This document shows positions 9,598-19,573 of a DNA stretch of 64,000 bases, piece after piece. A model generated the notes under the pieces. The model made no database searches and was not told the DNA's origin. It saw only the letters and a program-made list of their open reading frames with translations. The position numbers were made by a program, and so were the translations under genes. Origin of the DNA: Alphaproteobacteria bacterium (lineage in GTDB: Bacteria; Pseudomonadota; Alphaproteobacteria; SP197); the NCBI GenBank assembly GCA_965228895.1, contig OZ245842.1:1152001-1216000 (forward strand). The letters run 5' to 3'. Position 1 is the first letter of the stretch. Every line of letters begins with the position of its first letter.

Positions 9598-11015
9598 CCG
9601 GCCCGGTGCTTTGGAACGATCGCGATGCGGCGGCGGCGACCGGCGGCGAGAGCCTGCAGCCGTGGTCGGCGTTCGGTGTCGCGTTCGACAGCCGGCAGAT
9701 CGCCCCGGGTGATCTCTTTGTCGCGCTCAAGGGTGAGACATCGGACGGCCATAACTATATCGGCCAGGCATTTGATGGCGGTGCGGCGGCCGCAATGGTG
9801 GCGCGCTCGTTCGACCACGACGAGCCGGCGCCACTGCTGCTGGTGCCTGACACGATGGCCGGTCTGAACGATTTGGCGCGCGCCGCCCGTGCGCGTTGCA
9901 AGGGCCGGATTTGCGCGGTGACCGGCAGCGTTGGTAAGACCGGCACGAAAGAAATGCTCCACCACGTGCTGGCGCCCCAAGGCGCAACCCATGTCAGCGA
10001 GAAGAGCTTCAACAATCATGTGGGAACGCCGCTCAGCCTGGCGCGTATGCCGGCGTCGACACGTTTTGGCGTTTTTGAGATTGGTATGAATGCACCAGGT
10101 GAGATCGCGCCGCTGGCCGGTCTGGTGCAGCCGAACATCGCCGTGATTACCGCAGTCGAGCTGGTCCATGGCGCGACCTTTGACGGTATCGACGGCATTG
10201 CCGCGGAGAAGGCTGACATCTTCACGGGTGTGGCCGATAACGCTATCGCCGTCATCAACGGCGACAGCACGTTTGCCGACTATTTGACACAGCGTGCTCG
10301 CGACGGCGGTGCAGCGCGTGTCGTGCGGTTCGGTGAGACGGACGGCTGCGATGTTCGGTTGCTGGATTGGCGGCTGGACGACGTGGGCACCGCGGTCAAG
10401 GCGGACGTCTTCGGCCGAGCGGTGAACTTCCATCTGGGAACGTGGGGCCGTCATCAGGCGCTCAACAGCCTCGCCGTGCTGGCCGTTGTCTCGCTGATGG
10501 ATGCCGATGTCGAAGAAGCTGCTGCGGCACTGAGCACGGTAACGCCGCCGACCGGAAGGGGCCAGCGCCATCGTATTGCGACCGATGGCGGCGACGTTCT
10601 CGTCATCGATGAGTCGTATAACTGCAGCCCCGCTGCGCTGCACGCCGCGCTGCGCGTCTTGCACGCGACGCCGGTTGGCGAGGGTGGTCGGCGTATAGCC
10701 GTGATCGGCGATATGCTGGAGTTGGGCGAGCGGAGTGCCGAAACGCACAAGGCGCTGGCTGAGCACATTGTCGATAACGACGTCGATTTTGTCATCCTGA
10801 TTGGTGACGAGGTCGCGCATACCAAACATGCCCTGCCTGCGAAGCGCTGTGCGGCTCACGTCGCTACGGCGAGTGATGCTATCGCGCCGGTTCTCGATGC
10901 GCTGCAGGCAGGCGACGTGGTGATGGTCAAGGGGTCGAGGCGCGTGGGTCTTGAAGCCGTTGTCGAAGAGCTGGTGCGGCATGGCGCCGTCCAGCCCATG
11001 GTCGGCAACGGCTGA
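9594..11015 (+). CDS. murF: UDP-MurNAc-pentapeptide synthetase
   Basis: VTGSVGKTGTKE, SFNNHVGTP, FEIGMN, DESYN, GDMLELG, VMVKGSR. Confidence 0.96.
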   Translation: MTGPVLWNDRDAAAATGGESLQPWSAFGVAFDSRQIAPGDLFVALKGETSDGHNYIGQAFDGGAAAAMVARSFDHDEPAPLLLVPDTMAGLNDLARAARARCKGRICAVTGSVGKTGTKEMLHHVLAPQGATHVSEKSFNNHVGTPLSLARMPASTRFGVFEIGMNAPGEIAPLAGLVQPNIAVITAVELVHGATFDGIDGIAAEKADIFTGVADNAIAVINGDSTFADYLTQRARDGGAARVVRFGETDGCDVRLLDWRLDDVGTAVKADVFGRAVNFHLGTWGRHQALNSLAVLAVVSLMDADVEEAAAALSTVTPPTGRGQRHRIATDGGDVLVIDESYNCSPAALHAALRVLHATPVGEGGRRIAVIGDMLELGERSAETHKALAEHIVDNDVDFVILIGDEVAHTKHALPAKRCAAHVATASDAIAPVLDALQAGDVVMVKGSRRVGLEAVVEELVRHGAVQPMVGNG

Positions 11016-11027
11016 GGGGGACGAGCG

Positions 11028-12116
11028 ATGCTGTTTAATCTCCTGTCGCCTCTGTCCGAAGATATTGGTGCGCTCCGGTTGTTCTCGTTCATTACGTTCC
11101 GGACCGGCGGCGCGATCCTGACGGCGCTTTTGATCAGCCTGATCTTTGGCCCGCTGGTGATCCGGTGGCTGAAGTCGGTTCAGGGTAAGGGTCAACCGAT
11201 CCGCAGCGACGGACCGGAGAGCCACATCATTACCAAGGCCGGCACGCCGACCATGGGCGGTGTCCTGATCCTGCTGTCACTGGGCGTCGCGACGCTGCTC
11301 TGGGCCGACCTGTCGAACGGCTTCGTTTGGATCGTCCTGCTGCTGACGCTTGGCTTTGGCGCCATCGGTTTTGCCGACGACTATCTGAAGGTCACCCATC
11401 AGACCAGCAAGGGTCTGTCGGGTTACGTTAAGCTGGCGATGGAAATCGTGCTGGCATTGGTCGCAGCGTTCGCCATCGCCGCGTTGACCGAAAGCCATCT
11501 GTCGTCGCATCTGGCTATGCCGTTCCTGAAAGACGTCCTGGTTAATTTCGGCTGGTTTTTCTTGGTCGTCGTTGTCTTTGTCATCGTCGGCGCATCAAAC
11601 GCCGTCAACTTGACCGATGGGCTGGACGGTCTGGCGATTGGCCCGATCATCATTGCGGCGATGACGTTCGGTATCATCTGCTATCTCGCCGGTAACACGG
11701 TTTATGCGTCCTACCTGCAGCTTCCGTTGGTCGTTGGCGCCGGTGAATTGGCTGTGCTGTGTGGCGCGCTGGTTGGCGCTGGGCTCGGCTTCCTGTGGTT
11801 CAACGCACCGCCTGCCATGGTGTTCATGGGCGACACCGGCAGCCTTGCCAGCGGGGCCGCGCTGGGCAGCATCTCCGTCGTGACCAAGCACGAGCTGGTG
11901 CTGGCGATCGTCGGCGGTCTTTTCGTTCTTGAGACGGTCTCGGTGATTGTCCAGGTCGTCTCGTTCAAGGTCACCGGCCGCCGTGTCTTCCGTATGGCCC
12001 CGATCCATCACCACTTCGAAAAAATGGGCTGGGCTGAACCGACAATCGTGATCCGGTTCTGGATCATCGCCATTGTGCTGGCGCTTGTCGGTCTTGCCAC
12101 CCTGAAGTTGAGGTGA
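11028..12116 (+). CDS. mraY: Phospho-MurNAc-pentapeptide transferase
   Basis: [44 protein letters not shown]. Confidence 0.98.
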   Translation: MLFNLLSPLSEDIGALRLFSFITFRTGGAILTALLISLIFGPLVIRWLKSVQGKGQPIRSDGPESHIITKAGTPTMGGVLILLSLGVATLLWADLSNGFVWIVLLLTLGFGAIGFADDYLKVTHQTSKGLSGYVKLAMEIVLALVAAFAIAALTESHLSSHLAMPFLKDVLVNFGWFFLVVVVFVIVGASNAVNLTDGLDGLAIGPIIIAAMTFGIICYLAGNTVYASYLQLPLVVGAGELAVLCGALVGAGLGFLWFNAPPAMVFMGDTGSLASGAALGSISVVTKHELVLAIVGGLFVLETVSVIVQVVSFKVTGRRVFRMAPIHHHFEKMGWAEPTIVIRFWIIAIVLALVGLATLKLR

Positions 12117-12120
12117 GCCG

Positions 12121-14031
12121 ATGATCGATCTTTCACGCCACGCAGAGTCATCGATCGCGGTCTTCGGGCTGGGACGTTCCGGCGTTTCGAGTTCCCTTGC
12201 GCTGGCCGCGGCCGGCGCACAGGTCCATGCCTGGGACGATGATCCCGCGCGGCGCCGTCTGGCCGCCGACAAGGGCGTCACGCTCAATGACCTCTATCGT
12301 CTGGAGTGGGACATCGTGCGCGCGCTCGTTCTGAGCCCCGGCGTGCCGCTGACCCATCCGGCACCACATCCGCTGGTCGCCCGCGCGATGGCGGCCGGTG
12401 TCGAAGTGATCGGCGACATGGAGCTGTTTGCCCGCTCGCGTCCGCCGGGTCGCGTCGTCGGCGTTACCGGCACCAACGGCAAGTCGACGACGTCGGCGTT
12501 GATTGCCCACCTGATCCGCGCGTCCGGCCGCTCGGTGCAACTGGGCGGCAACATCGGTACGCCGGTCCTGGACCTCGACCCGCTGGACGAAGACGGCATC
12601 TATGTTCTCGAGCTGTCGTCTTATCAGCTCGATCTGATTCGCTCGCTGGTCAGCGATGTCGCGGTCCTGTTGAATTTGTCGCCCGATCACGTCGAACGCC
12701 ATGGCGATTTCGCCAACTATATCGCAGCGAAAACGCGCATCTTCTCGCGCCGGGCATCCCATCAGACATCGGTCATCGGCGTTGATGACGACATCTGCCG
12801 GCGCATTCACGCCGAGCTCGCGGGCCGGCGCGGCCGCACCATCATTCCGGTGTCGGTACTGCGCCGTGTCGCCGACGGTGTCTATGTCAAGAAGGGCGTT
12901 GTGATCGACGAGACGTCAGGTAAACCGGACGAGGTCGTCGACCTCAGCAAGGTCAAGGTGCTGCCCGGCGTGCACAACTGGCAAAACGCCGCGGCCGCAC
13001 TTGCCGCTATTCGTGCGCTTGGTATTCCCGCCGACGAAGTGGCGAAGGCATTCAAGACATTCCCCGGCCTGGCGCACCGCCAGGAAGTCGTGTGCAAGGT
13101 CGGCCGGGTTACCTTTATCAACGACAGCAAGGCGACCAACGCGGCCGCGGCCGCGCGCGGCCTTGCCTGTTACGACCGTATCTACTGGATTGCCGGTGGA
13201 CGCGCCAAGGAGGGCGGCATTGCGACGCTCTCTCCGTACTTCCCACGGATGGCTCACGCCTTCCTGATCGGGGAGTCCGCCGGCGCATTCGCCCAGACAT
13301 TAGAAGGACGCGTGCCGTACTCCGTAAGCGGCGATCTTGCGACAGCCGTCAAGCAGGCTAGCGATATGGCGCTGGCTGACCGACGTGCCGGCGCGATCGT
13401 TTTGCTGTCACCGGCATGCGCGTCTTTCGATCAGTTCTCCGATTTTGAAGATCGGGGGAACAAGTTCCGTGAAATCGTGCTCGCAGAAAAGAGAAAGCGC
13501 GATCAGGAACTTGAGAAGGACACATCTCTTGTCCCACCCGCAACACGCAAAAGGGGGTCTGACATGGCCACGAAACGTTCTTCGGCCAAGAAGTCAACTG
13601 CCAAAAAGAAAGCTGCCAAACGCAAGGCTCCGGCCAAGCGCAAGGCCGCGACCAAGAAGAAAGCCGTCAAGCGCAAAGCGCCGGCGAAACGTAAGGCTGC
13701 GACCAAGCGTAAGGCTCCGGCCAAGCGCAAAGCCGCAACCAAGAAGAAAGCCGCCAAGCGTAAGGCTCCAGCCAAGCGCAAAGCAGCGACCAGGAAGAAA
13801 GCCGCCAAGCGTAAGGCTCCGGCCAAGCGTAAAGCAGCCAAGCGGAAGACGGCTAAGCGTAAGGCTCCGGCCAAGCGCAAAGCGGCCAAGCGCAAGGCTC
13901 CAGCCAAGCGTAAGGCAGCGAAGAAAAAAACCGCCAAGCGCAAGGCTCCGGCCAAACGCAAGGCAGCCAAGCGCAAGGCTCCGGCCCGGCGTAAGGCTCC
14001 AGCCAAGAGGAAGACCGCTAGGAAGAGATGA
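12121..14031 (+). CDS. murD: MurD (UDP-MurNAc-L-Ala:D-Glu ligase) read in frame into a C-terminal histone H1-like basic repeat
   Basis: FGLGRSG, LSPGVP, TGTNGKSTT, ELSSYQL, NDSKATN, LLSPACASFDQF; no in-frame stop until 14031. Confidence 0.93.
   Translation: MIDLSRHAESSIAVFGLGRSGVSSSLALAAAGAQVHAWDDDPARRRLAADKGVTLNDLYRLEWDIVRALVLSPGVPLTHPAPHPLVARAMAAGVEVIGDMELFARSRPPGRVVGVTGTNGKSTTSALIAHLIRASGRSVQLGGNIGTPVLDLDPLDEDGIYVLELSSYQLDLIRSLVSDVAVLLNLSPDHVERHGDFANYIAAKTRIFSRRASHQTSVIGVDDDICRRIHAELAGRRGRTIIPVSVLRRVADGVYVKKGVVIDETSGKPDEVVDLSKVKVLPGVHNWQNAAAALAAIRALGIPADEVAKAFKTFPGLAHRQEVVCKVGRVTFINDSKATNAAAAARGLACYDRIYWIAGGRAKEGGIATLSPYFPRMAHAFLIGESAGAFAQTLEGRVPYSVSGDLATAVKQASDMALADRRAGAIVLLSPACASFDQFSDFEDRGNKFREIVLAEKRKRDQELEKDTSLVPPATRKRGSDMATKRSSAKKSTAKKKAAKRKAPAKRKAATKKKAVKRKAPAKRKAATKRKAPAKRKAATKKKAAKRKAPAKRKAATRKKAAKRKAPAKRKAAKRKTAKRKAPAKRKAAKRKAPAKRKAAKKKTAKRKAPAKRKAAKRKAPARRKAPAKRKTARKR
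13564..14031 (+). CDS. Histone H1-like Lys/Arg/Ala/Pro-rich protein (155 aa), in frame with murD, with its own initiation site
   Basis: AAGGGGG RBS then ATG at 13564 (MATKRSSAKK...); ten RKAPA units; no acidic residue; stop overlaps ftsW ATG. Confidence 0.7.
   Translation: MATKRSSAKKSTAKKKAAKRKAPAKRKAATKKKAVKRKAPAKRKAATKRKAPAKRKAATKKKAAKRKAPAKRKAATRKKAAKRKAPAKRKAAKRKTAKRKAPAKRKAAKRKAPAKRKAAKKKTAKRKAPAKRKAAKRKAPARRKAPAKRKTARKR
13610..14025 (+). repeat. Degenerate coding tandem repeat (AAGCG(C/T)AAGGCTCCGGCCAAGCG(C/T)AA core)
   Basis: Repeated KRKAPAKRKAA(T/KKK) units with synonymous third-position variation. Confidence 0.9.
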
Positions 14032-15152
14032 CAACTTTCGCCCGCACGGACCGCAGCTTACTAGGAAGATGGTGGTGGACCGTCGACCGGTGGACGCTGG
14101 CCGCGCTCGTGATCCTGATGCTCTGCGGAGTCATCTTGATCATGGCGGCCAGTCCGCCGGTCGCGGACCGCATTGGTGCGGACTCGTTCTATTTCGTGCG
14201 GCGACAGTTCATCTTTTTACCGATTGCACTGGCCGTGTTGATGGCCGTTTCCCTGCTATCGCCGCAGGGCGTGCGTCGGCTTGCTGTTACTGTATTCGGA
14301 ATCTCGGTCGTGCTTTTGGTGCTGACCCTCTTCATTGGGGCCGACATCAAGGGTTCACGTCGTTGGATTGCTTTGCCGGGATTCTCATTGCAGGCGTCGG
14401 AGTTCGTAAAGCCGGCTTTTGCCGTCGTTGTCGCCTGGATGTTTGCCGAACAGCGTACCCGCCCGGGATTTCCGGGCGACCTTGTAGCTCTTTGCCTGTT
14501 CATCTTGGTTGTCAGTCTTATCGTGCTGCAACCCGACTTTGGCATGGCCGCCACGGTTACGGCGATCTGGGGCGGCCTATTTTTCCTCGCCGGCATGCCG
14601 CTCATCTTGGTAGCCGGCGTGGCGGGGGTCGTCGTGGTCGGGCTGATAGCCGGCTACACCTTCCTGCCGCATGTCGCGGATCGGATCGATCGCTTTCTCG
14701 ATCCGACATCCGGTGACAGTTTTCAGGTGAACACGGCATTGAGAGCGTTTGAATCCGGAGGAGTCTTTGGACGGGGGCCGGGCGAAGGCGTCGTTAAGGA
14801 CGTCCTGCCCGATGCCCATTCGGACTTTATCTTCGCCGTCGCCGGCGAGGAGTTTGGTCTGCTCGTCTGTTTGCTGATTGTCGCGTTGTTCGCCTTCGTC
14901 GCATTACGCGGATTGATCCGCTTGATGTCGGAGAAGGATCTTTTTGTCTTGTTGGCTGTCGCCGGACTGCTGATTCAGTTCGGGGCCCAGGCGGTGGTCA
15001 ACATGGGCGTTACGCTGCGTCTGGTGCCGTCGACCGGGATGACGCTGCCGTTCATGTCCTATGGCGGGTCGTCGCTGGTGGCGATTGCCATCGCCATGGG
15101 CATGGTGCTGGCGCTGACACGGCGCCGGCCCGAACACGGGAGGCCGTCATGA
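14028..15152 (+). CDS. ftsW: Peptidoglycan polymerase FtsW
   Basis: WWWTVDRW, GSRRWI, QASEFVKP, QPDFG, LPDAHSDFIFAV, GMTLPFMSYGGSS. Confidence 0.97.
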   Translation: MTTFARTDRSLLGRWWWTVDRWTLAALVILMLCGVILIMAASPPVADRIGADSFYFVRRQFIFLPIALAVLMAVSLLSPQGVRRLAVTVFGISVVLLVLTLFIGADIKGSRRWIALPGFSLQASEFVKPAFAVVVAWMFAEQRTRPGFPGDLVALCLFILVVSLIVLQPDFGMAATVTAIWGGLFFLAGMPLILVAGVAGVVVVGLIAGYTFLPHVADRIDRFLDPTSGDSFQVNTALRAFESGGVFGRGPGEGVVKDVLPDAHSDFIFAVAGEEFGLLVCLLIVALFAFVALRGLIRLMSEKDLFVLLAVAGLLIQFGAQAVVNMGVTLRLVPSTGMTLPFMSYGGSSLVAIAIAMGMVLALTRRRPEHGRPS

Positions 15153-16285
15153 CCGGCCCCGTGATGCTGGCAGCTGGCGGAACGGGCGGACATTTGTTCC
15201 CCGCCCGCGCGCTAGCCAGTGTGCTGCTTGACCGTGGCCGCGACGTGGTCTTTGTAACCGATCGTCGCGGTGTCAACCTCGGCGCTGGTCTGGAAGGTGT
15301 GCCGGTCCACACCGTGCGTTCGGCCGCCATGGCCGGGCGCAAGCTGACCGGCCGAGTCACCGGCGTGGTTGACCTGCTGCGTGGTACCTGGGAAGCGCGG
15401 CGTCTGACCAAGAGCCTCGGCGCATCCTGTGTCGTCGGTTTTGGTGGCTATCCATCAGTGCCGCCGGTGCTTGCTGCGACCCGGTTGGCGTTGCCCACGG
15501 TCATTCACGAACAGAACGCGGTGCTGGGACGGGCCAATCGCCTCCTGGCACCCCGTGTCGATGTGATTGCAACGTCGTTCCTCGATACGGCGCGGCTTGA
15601 TGTGTCGGGCCACGCACGTGTGGCGCTGACCGGCAATCCCGTGCGTCCGGAAATCACCGCGCTGGCTAACCAGCCCTACGTACCGCCAAACGGCGACGGT
15701 CGGTTGCGTGTCCTCATTGTCGGCGGCAGCCAGGGCGCCAGCATCCTGAGCCGCGTGCTGCCTGAAGCGCTTGCCACCATGCCGTCCGGCGCGCGTCGTC
15801 TTCTGGTCATCACCCAGCAGTGCCGGCCGGAAGACCTGGATGGCGTACGTGCGGCCTATGAGACGCTGGGCGTGCAGGCGACGCTGAAGAGTTTCTTTGA
15901 CGATATGGCTGATCGCCTGGGCGAAGCCCAACTGGTCATCGGGCGCGCCGGCGCGTCGACGGTCGCCGAGATCGCCGCGGCCGGTAAGCCTGCGATTCTG
16001 GTTCCCTATCGTTATGCTGCCGATGACCATCAGACCGTAAACGCCATGGCGGTTGAGGCTGATGGCGCGGGGTGGTTGATGCCTGAGCAGGCGTTTACCG
16101 CCGAAGCCCTGGCTGCGCGTTTGGAAGCGTTGACGGCGACGCCGCAGACGCTTCAGGCGGCCGCCGAGAGCGCGCGCCAGCGTGCCCGCCTTGATGCCGC
16201 ATCGGCATTGGCCGATGTGGTCGAGCGACTGGTGCCCGGCAATGGTGACAGCCACGACGCTTTGATGCGTCCGGAGGCCGCATGA
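15149..16285 (+). CDS. murG: Lipid II GlcNAc transferase
   Basis: [48 protein letters not shown]. Confidence 0.97.
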   Translation: MTGPVMLAAGGTGGHLFPARALASVLLDRGRDVVFVTDRRGVNLGAGLEGVPVHTVRSAAMAGRKLTGRVTGVVDLLRGTWEARRLTKSLGASCVVGFGGYPSVPPVLAATRLALPTVIHEQNAVLGRANRLLAPRVDVIATSFLDTARLDVSGHARVALTGNPVRPEITALANQPYVPPNGDGRLRVLIVGGSQGASILSRVLPEALATMPSGARRLLVITQQCRPEDLDGVRAAYETLGVQATLKSFFDDMADRLGEAQLVIGRAGASTVAEIAAAGKPAILVPYRYAADDHQTVNAMAVEADGAGWLMPEQAFTAEALAARLEALTATPQTLQAAAESARQRARLDAASALADVVERLVPGNGDSHDALMRPEAA

Positions 16286-17721
16286 GAGCGCTGCCTCGTG
16301 AGATAGGGCCGATCCACTTCATCGGCATGGGCGGCATCGGCATGAGCGGCATCGCCGAGGTGCTGCACAATCTGGGTTATAGCGTCCAAGGTAGCGACCT
16401 TGCCGAGAGCGCCAACGTGCGCCGGCTGCGCGCCATGGGTATCACGGTGCATATCGGCCATAGCGCGGAAAATCTGGACGAGGCGGCGATCGTTGTAACG
16501 TCGTCGGCGGTCAAGCCCGACAATCCTGAAGTGCTTGCCGCGCGCGACCACTGGATTCCCGTCGTGCGTCGCGCCGAGATGCTGAGCGAGTTGATGCGCT
16601 TGCGCTGGTCTGTCGCTGTTGGCGGCACCCACGGCAAGACGACGACGACCTCGATGATCGGCTGGGTCATGGAGTGTGGCGGATTTGATCCGACGGTCAT
16701 CAATGGCGGCATCATCAACGCTTACGGGACCAACGCCCGGCTTGGCGCCGGCGAATGGATGGTGGTCGAGGCCGATGAATCCGACGGCAGTTTTGTCAAG
16801 CTGCCGGCGACCGTGGCCGTCGTCACCAACATGGATCCCGAGCACCTGGAAAACTACGCCTCGTTCGACGAGGTGCGTCAGGCCTATGACGCCTTTGTCG
16901 GCAACGTGCCGTTCTATGGTTTCGCCGCGCTGTGTCTCGATCATCCGGAAGTCCAGGCACTGATCGGCCGCATTGCCGACCGGCGAGTCGTGACCTACGG
17001 CATGACGCCGCAGGCTGATGTCTACGGGACTAACCTGCGGCCGACCGGCAATGCCTATGAGTTCGACGTCGTCATCCGCGACCGCATCTCCGAGACGACG
17101 CGCCAGGTCGACAACGTCTTCCTGCCCATGGTCGGGCGCCACAACGTGTCGAACGCGCTTGCCGCGATCGCCGTCGCCCAGGAGATGCGCATTCCTGATG
17201 CTGCGATTGTCGACGCGCTCAAGCGTTTCGAAGGTGTGAAGCGGCGCTTCACCAAGACAGGCGAGGTCGGCGGCATCACGGTGATCGATGATTACGGTCA
17301 TCACCCCGTCGAGATTTCGGCCGTGCTGTCGGCTGCGCGCGATGCCTATGAAGGGCGCATCATCGCGATCGTCCAGCCCCATCGCTATACGCGCCTGCGC
17401 GACCTGTTTGATGACTTCTGCACCTGCTTCAACGATGCGGACGCCGTGATCGTGGCCGACGTCTATCCTGCCGGCGAGGCGCCGATACCAAACTTCGATC
17501 GCGACGCCCTGGCACAGGGATTGAGCACCCACGGTCACCGTGAGGTCGAGGTCTTGGACGATCCCGCCGACTTGCCGGCCATGGTCGCGAGCAAGGCGCG
17601 GTCGGGCGATGTCGTGATTTGTCTGGGCGCCGGGTCCATTACGACCTGGGCGAACGACCTGCCGCAACAATTGGAGGAACTGGTTGGCGACAAGGCTGTG
17701 TGCGCGGGAGGTCGGACATGA
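16282..17721 (+). CDS. murC: UDP-MurNAc-L-alanine ligase
   Basis: [49 protein letters not shown]. Confidence 0.97.
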   Translation: MRALPREIGPIHFIGMGGIGMSGIAEVLHNLGYSVQGSDLAESANVRRLRAMGITVHIGHSAENLDEAAIVVTSSAVKPDNPEVLAARDHWIPVVRRAEMLSELMRLRWSVAVGGTHGKTTTTSMIGWVMECGGFDPTVINGGIINAYGTNARLGAGEWMVVEADESDGSFVKLPATVAVVTNMDPEHLENYASFDEVRQAYDAFVGNVPFYGFAALCLDHPEVQALIGRIADRRVVTYGMTPQADVYGTNLRPTGNAYEFDVVIRDRISETTRQVDNVFLPMVGRHNVSNALAAIAVAQEMRIPDAAIVDALKRFEGVKRRFTKTGEVGGITVIDDYGHHPVEISAVLSAARDAYEGRIIAIVQPHRYTRLRDLFDDFCTCFNDADAVIVADVYPAGEAPIPNFDRDALAQGLSTHGHREVEVLDDPADLPAMVASKARSGDVVICLGAGSITTWANDLPQQLEELVGDKAVCAGGRT

Positions 17722-18656
17722 TGGCCGCATCCAAGCATAACGGTCTGGCCGACCGTCTGCCCGAGGTGCGTGGTCGTTACAGCTTCAATGTCGAACTGTC
17801 GAAGACCACGTGGTTCCGCGCCGGCGGTCCCGCGGAGGTCGTCTTCAAGCCGGCAGATGAAGAAGACCTGGCGGCATTCCTGCAGAACCGACCCGAAGAT
17901 ACGCCGGTGATGGTCATCGGCGTCGGCTCCAATCTATTGATCCGCGACGGCGGCATCCCAGGCGTTGTCATCCGCTTGGGCCGTGATCTCGCGCGCGTAA
18001 CGGTCGACGGCGAGACGGTCGTGGCCGGTGCCGGCGCGCTTGACGTGAACGTCGCGAAGACAGCGCGCCTTGCCGGCCTTGCGGGACTGGAGTTTTTGGT
18101 TGGTGTGCCCGGCACGATCGGCGGTGCGCTGCGCATGAACGCCGGCGCCTATGAGCGCGAACTGAGCGATGCACTGATCGAAGCACGGGCGATCGATCCG
18201 CGTGGTGAGGTTCAAGTCCTGACGCCCGAGCACCTTGGCCACGGCTATCGCTTCTGCAGCCTGCCCGAAGGGTGGATCTTCACCCAGGCGATCTTGCGGG
18301 GCGAGCCCGGTGACGCGGCGGCCATCGAAAAGCGCATGGCGGCGATCCAGTCGCAGCGCAGCAGCACACAGCCCGTGCGTTCGCGCACCGGTGGCAGCAC
18401 GTTCAAGAACACGCCCGATGCCAAGGCCTGGGAGCTGATCGACCGCTCGGGTTGTCGCGGCCTGACGCGCGGCGCGGCCATGGTGTCGGAACAGCACTGC
18501 AATTTCCTGATCAACACCGGCGGGGCGACGTCGGCGGATCTGGAAGGGCTCGGCGAAGAAGTGCGGCGCCGGGTCTTCGAAAAAACCGGCGTTCGGTTGG
18601 AGTGGGAGATCCGTCGCATCGGGCGGCACGCAACGGGGCCCGAGGAAGTCGCATGA
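17718..18656 (+). CDS. murB: UDP-N-acetylenolpyruvoylglucosamine reductase
   Basis: [56 protein letters not shown]. Confidence 0.96.
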   Translation: MMAASKHNGLADRLPEVRGRYSFNVELSKTTWFRAGGPAEVVFKPADEEDLAAFLQNRPEDTPVMVIGVGSNLLIRDGGIPGVVIRLGRDLARVTVDGETVVAGAGALDVNVAKTARLAGLAGLEFLVGVPGTIGGALRMNAGAYERELSDALIEARAIDPRGEVQVLTPEHLGHGYRFCSLPEGWIFTQAILRGEPGDAAAIEKRMAAIQSQRSSTQPVRSRTGGSTFKNTPDAKAWELIDRSGCRGLTRGAAMVSEQHCNFLINTGGATSADLEGLGEEVRRRVFEKTGVRLEWEIRRIGRHATGPEEVA

Positions 18657-19573
18657 GCCGGCATGTCGCCGTTTTGATGGGTGGATGGAATTCCGAACGC
18701 GAGGTCTCGCTGGTCAGCGGGCGCGAATGCGCCGACGCGCTGGAAGCCAGTGGTTACCGCGTAACGCGGATCGATGTCGATCGCGACATCGCCCATGTGT
18801 TGATGGAGATGGACCCCAAGCCGGATGTCGTCTTCAACGCGCTTCACGGCCGCTTTGGCGAAGACGGCTGCATTCAGGGTCTCTTCGAAATCCTGCAGCT
18901 GCCCTATACCCATTCCGGCCCGCTCGCTTCGGCGCTTGCGATGAACAAGCAGGCGGCCAAGCGCGTCTTTCGCACCGCTGGTATCCCGTGTGCTGAGAGC
19001 GAGATCGTCACCCGCGAGGCGATCGGGCAGTCGGCGCCGATCGAGCGGCCGTTCGTCGTCAAACCGAACCGTGAAGGCTCCAGCGTCGGTGTCCGGATCG
19101 TCGAGAAGAACGACAACGACGACCGGCTGCAGCCCGAAGACTTCCGCTATGGCGACGAGGCGATCGTCGAGCGTTTCGTGCCCGGCCGCGAATTGACCGT
19201 GGCGGTGATGGGTGATCGCGCGCTGGGTGTCACCGAGATTACGACGCCCCAGGGTTTCTACGATTACGACAACAAGTACACCGAGGGTGGCTCCGTCCAC
19301 ACAATCCCTGCGCCGGTCCACGGCGACGTCTACCGCGAAGCATCGGCAATGGCCGTGAGCGCGCACGAGGCGCTGGGCTGCCGCGGGGTGACACGTTCGG
19401 ATTTCCGCTATGACGATACCGATGGCGAGCCCGGCGAGCTCGTCATGCTCGAGGTCAATACGCAACCCGGCATGACGCCGCTGTCGCTGGTGCCCGAACA
19501 AGCGGCCTATGTCGGCATCGACTTTGGCGAACTCGTCTCCTGGATGGTGGAGGAGGCGCAATGCGGTCAGTGA
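18653..19573 (+). CDS. ddl: D-alanine--D-alanine ligase
   Basis: MGGWNSEREVSLVSG, FNALHGRFGEDG, EGSSVG, FYDYDNKY, EVNTQPGMT. Confidence 0.97.
   Translation: MSRHVAVLMGGWNSEREVSLVSGRECADALEASGYRVTRIDVDRDIAHVLMEMDPKPDVVFNALHGRFGEDGCIQGLFEILQLPYTHSGPLASALAMNKQAAKRVFRTAGIPCAESEIVTREAIGQSAPIERPFVVKPNREGSSVGVRIVEKNDNDDRLQPEDFRYGDEAIVERFVPGRELTVAVMGDRALGVTEITTPQGFYDYDNKYTEGGSVHTIPAPVHGDVYREASAMAVSAHEALGCRGVTRSDFRYDDTDGEPGELVMLEVNTQPGMTPLSLVPEQAAYVGIDFGELVSWMVEEAQCGQ

Noticed and set aside
13610-14025. Tandem DNA repeat considered as a CRISPR array
   Set aside because: No unique spacers, unit lengths are multiples of three, degeneracy is at wobble positions, and there are no cas genes.
13503-14034. 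Antisense ORFs with ALRLAG/LGRSL repeats, and the overlapping +strand ORF 13337..14716
   Set aside because: Shadows of the H1-like repeat. Synonymous variation preserves the K/R/A/P reading, and only that frame has a good RBS.
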